From Amphiscolops sp. MND2022 (taxonomy: Eukaryota): a stretch of DNA of 64,000 nt. Where the stretch lies: positions 12,710,001-12,774,000 of the forward strand of contig OZ076410.1 in the NCBI GenBank assembly GCA_964187785.1, given 5' to 3'. Below, piece after piece: positions 48,501-60,500 of this stretch (position 1 is its first letter; each line of letters begins with the position of its first letter). The translations under genes and the position numbers were made by a program. The notes below the pieces were generated by a model. It saw only the letters and a list, made by a program, of their open reading frames with translations, was not told where the DNA came from and did not search any database.

Positions 48501-51500
48501 TTGTGACAAAACTTTCGGACGAGAGACATTTTGTCCAACTTTGGATATGATGTCAAAGATTCGGATATAGCGTGCTGGACCGAATGGTTCATTTCAAGGC
48601 TTTTAGTTGAACTTTTGTAAAACTATTTGGTCACGTCGCGTGGATTGAATTTTTTAAACAAAAAACTGAGGAAAAGCCACTATTCGCGAACAGTTGTCGC
48701 GCTTTTTATTTCAATGAAGTGCCAACTAAAAAGTATCCGCCCTTTCAGTGGAATCACCCAGAATTGTCACTGACCATATAACACTAAGCTAGGGATGAAG
48801 GACTGACTTGCTTGCGAAAATGTTTATGATGAAGAGACAGACAGACAGACAAACAGACAAGGTTTGTTTGCAGGGAAGAAGGATCAGTTCAACATGGCGC
48901 TGATGCAAGGCCAGAAGCAGAGGGAGAGCAATTTCACACCCGACATCACCCCTGTGATTCTGGGTGCCCACAAGAACAACTACGAGATTCTGAAGCTGCT
49001 GGTCGGAAGGGGCGCCACCATCGTGAAACCCCACCCCGTCAAGTGTGGCTGTTACGAGTGTGTGCACAGTTCAACCTTCGACAGTCTCAGACACTCACAG
49101 ACCCGCATGAACGCCTACAGGTGACAAAACCTAACGCAAAAAATATCAGGCTCCAGCCCGGGTTCGAACCCGGTACCTCCTGTCTGCCAGACAAAATCTG
49201 GCACTTTTCCAGTTTTCCTCAAAAACGTTTGGAACATTTATATCTAACAATATCAGTAAATATTTTTCCCCCACCACCAAAAATTTTTTGGAAAATTATT
49301 GAAAATATTATAACAAAGACTTGAATACAAACCGGAAACCTTCAATTTTAAATTTCTCTCAACCATTCTGAACAGATTCATTATCCTGGAAGAGTGAACA
49401 AAACAGCGTTTTAAAAGTGTTGGCATGCCCTTCACTTCCGGTCAGTTCCACTCGTGAACTGAATGAAGCATTTGATTGAAACAATTGCACAAACTCATTT
49501 CCGATACACAAAGAAATTTAATGCACAATCTCAAATTGAAAAGTGAAAAGACTCTTAAAAACTCAAAGGTTGGCAGGAAACTGGAAAAGTACCTAAAATT
49601 TAATGTATAACAAAACGCCCGCTAAGAACTGGGATAATTTCCGAGTCTTTTGTGCCCCCCACCATGAAATTTTTTCAATGTAAAACTTCAAAAATTGTTT
49701 CTTTAAACTGGCCTGATGAGAAGAGAAATCTTCTTCCAAAACAGGAAGTTAACTTCTATTGGAATGTTTCCGTTTGAACATGACATTTTTCACTGACTTT
49801 GACTGTAATGATGTTCGAATTAACTGTTTTTTTGTGACTTGAAACAGGAAACTGTTGATTTCCTAATCAAAATTGAGTGATTTTCTTGAGAAAAACAGTG
49901 TGAACAAAGTATGTATTTGGATCCCAAAGTGCCACCGTGAAATTAAATACAAAATTAAAGGTTTTTAGTGCGGTTTTTAGTCTTTTTATAGTAATAATTT
50001 CAAAAAAAATTGGTAGTGACTGGAACAGAAAGGAACCCGCCATAAAAAACTTCCGGCTCCAGTCCGGGTTCGAACAAACGACCTCCTGTCTGCAAGGCGG
50101 ACGTACTACCAACTGTGGGAAAAAATTTTATTCTGAAAAAAATCTGTTTTCTAAAGAATAACTCTTTTGGTTAAAAAAAAAGAGCAAAACACCAACAAAA
50201 TGGTATTTTTATCGCATAGTTGCAATCAAAAGCAAAAACATATGTTAAAATCGAAAAAGTTTAAATGCTTTCAGGATTTTCCAGTGGCTCTTGTTTTTTA
50301 TCCCTAGTCGACTCTGCTGGAACTTTTTACATGCTGCAGGGTAATTTTTTCATGCAACCTATATAATTCAGATTGCGCTCAGGGAAAATTTAATATTAAA
50401 TAATTACTTTCATTTATTCTTTCAAAAAGTTCTCGGAATGATTTCTCACGTTTTCAGAGCCCTTGCGAGTCCCAGTTTGATGATTCTGGCCAGCGACGAC
50501 CCAATTCTGACGGCGTTCGAGCTCAGTTGGGAGCTTTATCATCTGAGTTTCTCGGAAGTCGAATTCAAGGAGGATTACATCAAGTTGGCGGACCAGTGCA
50601 CTAAGTTCGCTGTGGATCTTTTGGATCAAACCCGGGGTTCCCAAGAATTGAAGACGATTCTGAACCGGACGACGGACCCGCAGGAAATTCTGGAGATGTC
50701 TGACGAATCGAAAGAGACGGAGCGTGAAAACTCTATTGGGACAATGAACTTGTCTCGTTTCAAGTTGGCCATCGAGTATCGCCAAAAAGAGTTCATCGCC
50801 CATCCAAACTGTCAACAACTGTTGAGCCATATCTGGTACCAGGGGATTCCCGGGTGGCGACAGGGATCCATTTTCTACAAAATTGGGTTCACGTTCCTAA
50901 TTTCGGTCTCTTTTCCCTTCACCGCCGTTTTCTATATCCTTTTCCCCTTCACTCACCCAGCTAAAGTGCTACGCAACCCGTTTGTGAAGTTTATCAATCA
51001 CAGTGCGTCTTACATGGTGTTTCTTTTCCTGCTTATCCTAGCTTCTCAGGAGGAGTTTTCCAACGTGGACGACATGGGAGCTCGTGACAGGCCTCCCAAT
51101 ATCCTGGAATGGATAATCGTTGCGTATGTTTTGGCGTTCGTCTGGGCGGAAATGAAGGAAATCTGGGAAAACGGTTTTCTTTCTTACTCAAGGTTCGTCG
51201 GTTTTATTTTATAAAATTCACATGTTTTCAATCCACATTTCGCTTACGATCAAATTATATACTATCCGTTTGGAAAATTGCTCAAAAATGTCAGCATTAT
51301 CTTCCGCAATAAAGTTTAAATCCATCTCACGGTTTTTATGTAACTTAGGATTCCATAGGAATCTATCTATGTACATTTTGTATTTTTATAAGAATAAATT
51401 ATTGGTAAAATATATTAATTGATGATTATGATGTTGACTAGGGGTGTACCGGACATCAAGTCCGGTCTGGTCCGGTATCTAGTCGGGTTTCAAAAAAATG

Positions 51501-54500
51501 TCCGGTCCAGTATCCGGCAGGTCTTTTGATGGCATCCGGTCGGACAAACATCTCATTAAATGATCGCATATCTCAGGTGAAAGTCACTTTCGAACCACCA
51601 TTTCTCGACAACACTGAAAAATTTCTGTGAGGATTTGATTTTGAAAAAATTAGAACATTTTTTTTACTATCTTTGAGCAAACGTCTACTTCGCTTTTCGT
51701 CATACTCATTGATCAATTCTGAAAGACAGGTTGACCAAATAAGATGTGCGCTAGCTTTCCAATCATAAGATTGCAGGGTCGATTCCCGATATCGTCAAAT
51801 ATTTTATAATTCTGAAAATAGTTAGATATATTTTTCAAATACTTTTCAATAATTTGCAATCTCCAAACCGATTTCTGCACCGATTTCAGATCGAGACAAC
51901 TAAAATATTCGTTTCTCTTTTCAAAATAAAACGTACTGTATTAGCCAAATTACAGTTTCTTTACCGGCTCCAATCAATCCTGTCCGGTGCACCTCCAATG
52001 ACGACGATAGTTGGGAAACACGGCTGGTGGTTTTTAGGGACATGTGGAACATTATGGACTTCATGCAAAACACCCTGTACTTAGCAACAATATCGCTTCG
52101 GGTGGTAGTCTATTTCGGACCCCAACTGGACATTGAACGCGCGGAAATGGACTCAAGTGACCCCATGCTAGTTGCAGAAGCGCTTTTCTCAGTTGCCAAC
52201 ATCTTCAGCACGATGAGGCTTCTGATTTTGTTCATCGCGAACTCGCAGCTCGGGCCACTGCAAATCTCAGTGGGCAGAATGATCATTGACATCATCAAGT
52301 TTCTCTTCATTTTCGCTTTGGTCATCATCTCGTTTGCAAGTGGCATGAATCAACTGCTCTACCTCGAGTACGCCAGTGTGAGTCGAAGCATCGCAGGGGA
52401 TTGTGAAGGTTCGTTAGTTTGTCTACGAACAACTTACTCTAGACTTTTTTACACCAAAAAGCTAAAGACACTTGGTGATGGCGGCTCTTGTCTGTTCCCC
52501 CAACCCCCCCCCCACCACCAAAATTTTTGAAAGTAAATTTCCTTAAAAATTTCAGACTAGTCTAAATAAAAATAAAACATTCTTCCATAACAGGAAGTTA
52601 ACGTCTATTAGAATAAATTTTTGTTTGAAAAAAAAACATTTTTCACACATTTTGGTTGTAATTATGTTCAAATTAACAGCTTTTTTGTGACTCACAACAA
52701 GAAGCTGTTAATTTTCTCATCAAAAATGGGTGACTTCATAGGGGAAAATAGTGTGAACAAATTTTATATCTCAGTTCCAAAAAGCCACACTTGAAATGAA
52801 TTAAAATAGAAGGTTTCTGGTTTGTATTCGAGTCTTTTTAAAATAACATTTTCACTATGTTTCCAAAAAATTTGAGAGGTGGGGCGAGTGTGACAGGGTT
52901 GACAAAAAGACTAAAAGAAACTTTAATTGAAACATATATACAACTGTCAATCATAGTATGTTCAATTATCAAAACTGTGTTGTCTATTTATATATTTATC
53001 AACATTGTCAATAGTACCAGCAGAATCGTAGACCACCAAAAGAAACGGTGAACCATTTCACCACATGGTTTAGTTAATGAATAGATTCTTGCTCTGCTCT
53101 CCTCTTTGTAATCTAAAAAGAAATACAAGTTCTCTGAGTATAAAAAACCCTATAACATGGCGCTGCGAGCCGAACTTTCTACGGGAACCCAGGCAATAGC
53201 AGGACTTCCAACTTATTGGCAAGATGCCTCCAAAAACCCTACACTAGAATGGGAAAAATGGCGAGATCTATTCGAAGTGGCATTAATGGCCAAAATCAAC
53301 ATATCAATCGCAGAATTGATCAAAACGGGAAATAAAGAAAAAAGTTTAATGGGAGATCTCGACGAAATACCAGCTACCAAGAAAGCTATCAGTATACTTT
53401 ACCTTGCACTGGGATCAGCAGGACGCAAATCAATCGCTGACAAGTTTCCCACCACCAACATAGCAACCATATCACTCCCCGATCTGTTAAAGAACTGCAA
53501 AGACTGCTTCGAGAAGCCAAAAAATGAAACTCTTGATCGTTTCAAATCTCTATCCAGAAAGCAAAAAGAAGGCGAATCATTGAAGAACTTCTGGAACGAA
53601 CTAAATGGGTTAGCCGCAAAGTGCAACTTTGGCGCAATAACAGATAGTTTAGTGAAAGATGTTTTCACTGTGAACATGATAAACCAAGAAGTTCAACAAA
53701 AACTGTGCACAGAACCAAAACCAACAGCGGCTGAAACAATTCAATTTGCAGTTGCGTATGAAGAAGGCACATTGAGACAACAATCATTTGGCACATTAGA
53801 CAAGCCAAACAAAAAAACTGAAGTAACTGACGTGAATAATATTAACCAAACCAATAAACGATGGGGACCAACCAAAAAGTGCTTCAGATGTGAAGGAGTA
53901 ATCACACCACAACATTTAAAAGAGTGTAAAGCTTTGGGCGTCACTTGCATGAAATGCGGGAAGAAAGGGCATTTTGCCCGATGTTGCCAAACTAGAGGAG
54001 CCGGAACATTTGCGAAAAATCGCAAAGTAGTAAAACCTCCTCAGAATATTCAACGTATTGATGAGTGGAGTGAAAGCAGCGAAGATTCAATAGTGGATGA
54101 CGGGAAAGTAGTACTCACAATCGAGGGCGATAACAAAGAACAATTCACCATGAAAGGAAAAATAAACGGAAATCCATTCCAAACAATGGTAGACTCTGGA
54201 TCACCCGTGACAATATTTGCTATTGACGAAATAAAACAAATAATGAAGCGCAAAACATTATTCATCAGAGAACTACCAGCAGACGAGGAATATGTGGACT
54301 TCAACAAACGGAAGCTACAACTACTGGGCTACATATTCTGTCATCTAAAAGTGGGTGATAGCAAACTAAACAAAGCCCGAATATTGATTGCAGACAAAGG
54401 CGCGAAGTCACTAATTGGACGTGATTGGTTGAATGCATTCAACTACAAATTCGTATCTCCAACAAAAGACGAAGGTAACAAAGCTATTTACACAATTAAA

Positions 54501-57500
54501 CAAATTATTAAACAACCAAATAAAACAACGCAACCTAGTGAACAGACTAAACCAAAAACTTGGAACGATAATGATAACAATAACGAAAAGATTAAACTAC
54601 AAAACCAATTTTCTTCTCTGTTCACGAGACAAGGACAAATTCGTGATCATACTGTAAAAATTGAATTCAAAGCAGAAGCTAAAATAACGCAACAGAAAGG
54701 TAGACGAGTACCTATCCAATTACAAGACGCGGTCCAACAAGAAATTGAAAGACTATTAAATGAAGGACATATTGAACGAGTAACAGATATAACAGATAAA
54801 CAATTTATTCAACCGGTCGTAATAACAGTAAAGCGAGATACAAGCGTGAAAATTGCACTAGACGCACGAGCGCTAAATAACGAATTAATTAAAGACAAAT
54901 ATCAAATGCCGAATTTAGAACATCTCGTAGACATGGTAGCAGAACAGCTAGATAATAACGAAAGCGGACAAGCGTGGTACACTTCGTTAGATATGCGATA
55001 TGCTTATGGTCAAATACCATTAGATGAGGAAACGGCACGCCACTGCAATTTCCAAATAATAGGCGGCAAAGCAACGGGAACATATCGCTTCATCACTGGA
55101 TTCTATGGACTCACAGTGATGCCTACCGAGTTCCAGAAAGTTATGGATAAAAATTATCCAACAGTGCAAATACGTATGTCTTTTTGGATGACATACTAAT
55201 AGTAACAAAAGGAAGCCAAGCAGACCATTACGAAAGCGTAAAACACGTACTAGAAAAACTAGATAAAGCGAACATACGGCTAAAATGGGAGAAATGCAAA
55301 TTCGCACACAGCGAAATAGAATGGTTAGGGTACCACCTAACACAAACAGGAATAAAACCAATCAACACAAAAATTCAAGCGATAACTGACAAGCTTAAAC
55401 CAAAAAATTTAAAAGAACTAAGGTCATATTTGGGCGCAGTGAATCAACTAAACAGGTTCATACCCAATTTGGCACAACTATGCTTTAAATTACGCCCATT
55501 GTTGAAACAAGACAAAGTATGGTGTTGGACCGAAAGTCATGACAAAGCCTTCGAAGAAATAAATAAACAAGTCAAGAAACTTACAGAAGTAGGTCACTTC
55601 AAGAAAAGCGGATAAATAAGAATTATTTGCGACGCCAGTAAAGCAGGTTTAGGTGCTGTACTACAACAGCAAGAAGAAATTGGTTGGAGACCAATCCACT
55701 TCGCTTCACGTTTCCTCACACCATTAGAAGAAAAATACTCAATTAATGAACTTGAGTTATTGGCAGTTGTCTGGGCAGTCGAGCACTTCAAAAACTATCT
55801 ATACGGGATAAAATTCCAAGTCGTATCCGATCACAAAGCACTAGGCACCGTTTTAAAAAGTAACAAAGGTAATAAAACATACTCAAGCCGACTCACAAGA
55901 TGGGTTGATCGTCTACTTCCTTTCGATTTTGAAATCTTCCATGCTCCAGGCAGAACGATCGGAATTGCAGATTACTTGTCAAGACACCCATCCCCAATAG
56001 AAGGTACAAGCGTGAAAGCAGAAGAATTGTGGAACAACTGGTTCACAGTGAATCATGTAAATAATGTAAATAGCATTTTAGCTGAAGAATTCAACGGACC
56101 AATCAGAGGCCGCCATTGGATCCAATTGAGACGTGACGATGAACGCAGTAAAAGTGAAAGCATTCGCGATTCATTCAAAGCACGCAATACATTGCAATTC
56201 AACAACGACAACAAAATGGGACAAACAAACTCAATCAATACGATTGCAGGTAATTCAATTTCCCAAAAATTTGAGTCAAAATTACCAATTGCCAATAAAA
56301 TTGGTGAAAACTTACTAATCGCCAATTACAAGGATTATGAAAATTTACAAAAAATCATCAATCTAGTCAAAAATCCCACAAAAGCCAAAATAAAAGCACT
56401 CGACAGCCCATGGCGTGAACGTTTTACTTCCCTTTCACTAGATGAAAACGATCTCTTATACTTAGATGACCGTCTCATAATCCCAAAAGTATTACAAACC
56501 CCGATCAAAAATTCATTACATTGGGGACACCCTGGCCGCGACCAAATGTTACGTCAAATTTCGGATATATGGTGGCCACGTATCCACCGAGATATCACAC
56601 TTCTTACAAAATCGTGCTTGGAATGTCAAAATGCGGGTAAGTCGATTAAACCTCTTTTAAAACAAAAACAATTCGGTAAACTCCCAACTCCAATAACAAT
56701 AAATGAAGAAATAGCAATCGACTTCGCGGGACCGTTCAAAATCGCCCGTAGCTCAAAGAAATATCTCATAGTCTCGGTAGATAGTAAATCAGGTTGGCCT
56801 GACGCAAAATTTCTCCGCGCCCCAACCACCTCCAAAGTAATATAATTTTTAACTAACTATATAGCAAATAATGGAATACCACGACGAATTCGTACAGACC
56901 CGGGAACAGCATTTAAAAGCGAAAAATTCCAAAATTTTTGTCGTAAATATTTCATTGAACACATTATCTGCCCAATCTACGATCACAGGGGCAATGGCAA
57001 AGTAGAAAGATTAATCCGCACTATAAACGAACGATTAAGGACAAATAAAACAATAGTACTGGATAAAGAAAACACCGGATTATCTGAACTACTATACGCA
57101 CTGCGAACTGCCCCCAAAGAAAATAAATTGTCACCAGCGGAACTACATACAAATCGAAAATTTACTACTGTCAAAGATATAATAACTACTAAACCACAAC
57201 CAAACTACAATGTTTCAGACAAAGACAGCAACTTCGAACTGGAGATGAGTGATTTCCCGGCGGACCAGGACTCAGAAATTCTGGTGAGAGAACGTGCCAG
57301 AGGTTCAAAACTGGAGGCAACATACAAGAAGAAGAAAGGCCGAATCATCAACGAAATACCACACACGCTCAAAATAAAAGAAAGAGGCAAATCACTGCCA
57401 ACACTATTGAGTAAGCGTGAAGTGGCTACTTCACACAAACTGGCCAATCTATACCAAACAGCACAAACCAACAACCAATCACAAGACGCCAACATTGATG

Positions 57501-60500
57501 AACCAAATAAAACTGTGCGACCAAAGAAAAGCAACTCCCCAAATTCACCAAAGAAGAAGCAAAGTAAGAAAATTCCAACGGAATTCAAAAGACTCGCTAA
57601 TTGGCAAGATATTTTCTTCGAATCGGAAGATGAAGAGGAGACAATACAAAAACGTAAAACTACTCCAAACGCCATAAAAGCCACGGTAAACTGGGGGACT
57701 ACAAAAATAGAACCCACAGAAACAAATGAAGAACAAAACATCGACACGGACAACGAACCGAGTACATCGACGGGAGAAAGAAGATCCCAAAGAAGTAGAA
57801 GAGCACCACAATATTACGGAGACACCGTAATGATCTGCGATGTAGAAAAATCCACAACAATGGACAAACCCGAAATCATTAACATCTCGTCAAGCGAAGA
57901 TAGTCTGCGATAAAACTACAAACAACATCTAACGAACTACAACCCTAAATTTTTGTGTTAACATATACCCGAACAGAGATGGCCAAGAAAGCAAAGAAGG
58001 AGGAGTGTGACAGGGTTGACAAAAAGACTAAAAGAAACTTTAATTGAAACATATATACAACTGTCAATCATAGTATGTTCAACTATCAAAACTGTGTTGT
58101 CTATTTATATATTTATCAACATTGTCAATAGTACCAGCAGAATCGTAGACCACCAAAAGAAACGGTGAACCATTTCACCACATGGTCTAGTTAATGAATA
58201 GATTCTTGCTCTGCTCTCCTCTTTGTAATCTAAAAAGAAATACAAGTTACTGAGTATAAAGAAACCCTATAACAGCGAGGTTGGTTGGAGCAGAAAAGAG
58301 CTTTGATGTCAAATCTCAAATCGCGATAAACTTGTGTACATGATCAAAAGACACAAAAGTCTTTTGAGTATTGTAAAGTTTCTTCTCAAATTTCAAACAC
58401 TTTTTCTGGAAATGAGAAATCTTCAATTTTTACTCCGTAAAAATATATTTTCGCCGAAATTGAAAGTGTTTTTGGATGTTTATTTTCGAAAAAGCATTTT
58501 CAGGATAATTGTTTAAAATGAAAGTTGAAAATGGTGTCACTGCTACAAAAATGATCGAAAGAAGTTTTTCTTTTGACAAGTAGTTTCTGAGATTAGTAAA
58601 GTTCGATTAGTAAAGTTCAAATCGAAATTCAATGTGATATAACTTTTTATGTTTTGATTTTGATTTCAAAACAAAAAAGACCCTTGTAATGCTGGTCAAA
58701 ATAAGACAAAATTTTGCACCTGAGGCTTTTTTGTAAAATGAAAATATTAAAAGATTTCGCCGTTTGAAAATTTTCGTTAGCCAAATCGACTGTATTCAGC
58801 TTTTGGTACTCTCGTGTATTTCTGTCACAATTATTTCGCTTTTTTGTTGAACTAACAATCGCACTGGAAACCTTTAATTTTAAATTTAATTTCAAGGTGG
58901 CAGTTTAGGATCCGAGTACAAACTTTGTTCACACCATTTTCGCTATGAAGTAACTCATTTTTGATTCGGAAATGAACAGCATTCTATTTCAAGTCACAAA
59001 AAACAATTAAGTCGAACATAATCACAGTCAAAGTGAATGAAAAATGTTTTGTTCGAACAAAACTAACCCAGTAGAAGTTAATCTCCTGTTTTGGAAGAAG
59101 ATTTCTAATCAGGCCAGCTTGAAACAGTCAGTTTGAAGTTTACATTGAAAAAAAATTGGATGGTGTGGGGACAGCAAAGAGCAAAGGTTGGCCCTCACGG
59201 AACTTATTTGAGTTTCTCCTTCTTCTTCTTCTTGATTGATATTCATCCTGGGTCTTGGGGGAGGGGGGTTTACAATGTATTGATGACTGAGTGAGTGAAT
59301 AATAAGTGGTTTGTGATTGGTGATTGGGTTGTGTTTCTTTGCAGGTGTGGTGTGTTCGGACCAGAACAGCCAGTTCGAGACGATCATGGAAAGCATCATC
59401 ACGCTGTTCTGGACGGTGATGGGCATCGTGGACCTGTCGGCCGTGTCTGTGAACGAGGACCACGCCTTCACCAAACACATCGCCATGATCATGTATATGG
59501 TCTACCACATCATTGCCATCGTCATCCTCCTCAACATGCTCATCGCCATGATGAACTTGTCCTACGAGCAGGTACCATGACATGCATGCAACATGCATGC
59601 AACATGCATGCAACATACATGCAACATGAATGCAACATGCATGCAACATGAATGCAACATGCATGTAACATGAATGCAACACGCAAGGACTCATGCAACA
59701 TGCACGCATTCATACAACATGCACGGATTCATGCAATGCATGTGTTCATGCTGATATGACACCACTTTACTTTAAATAAAGCATCTTTGCACATTAAGGG
59801 AATCGGCCAATAAAATTGAGTCGTATCCTAACCATAGCGCCGCTTTAAATTTCATTATTGAGTGAAATCATTTCACTTTCACTTTACACGAGCTCTTGCT
59901 GCGAACGAAGTAAAACGAGGCAATACAATTTCATTATATTTGAATTAATTCACGATTTGAATGAATTGATTGCCAAGAATATCCCAAAGTTCAGTAGGCA
60001 GCGAGAAACAAAAACTCAATAGGGATGAATAAGCTTTTTGCGATCAACAGCAACTAATTTTGTTTTCATTGTCCAATATTCAATAAAATGATTCTCTATT
60101 CATTTGAAATTGATGTTGGTTGACTTGACTCAAATTTTGATTCGCTTCCGAAAGTTTGAAACTCTTCTCCAGATCACGTGAAATCTAATTTGCTTCACTT
60201 ATTTTGGAATTGAATTGCTTTTGTTTCAAGTCGTTTTCGAAATGGCTCTAAATGCTGCTTCGGTATTCAACTAATTTGCGATGCTATTCTTTTAAATTAA
60301 AATTGGTCTATTGGAGAAAGAAGACAAAATTAGTTGCTGTTGATCGCCAAAAGCATATTCATCGCTCGCCATTGAGTTTTTCTTTCTCGCTGTATACTGA
60401 ACGAGAAGATTCTTGGCGATTAATTCATTCAAATTGGAATTTAATTCATATGAACCGAAATTGCATCGCTTCGTTTTACTTCGTTCGTAACAAGAATTCA

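Noticed and set aside
55140-55200. Programmed gag-pol frameshift
   Set aside because: The shift falls inside the RT core, just before FLDD, not between gag and protease; a mutation or homopolymer error is more likely.
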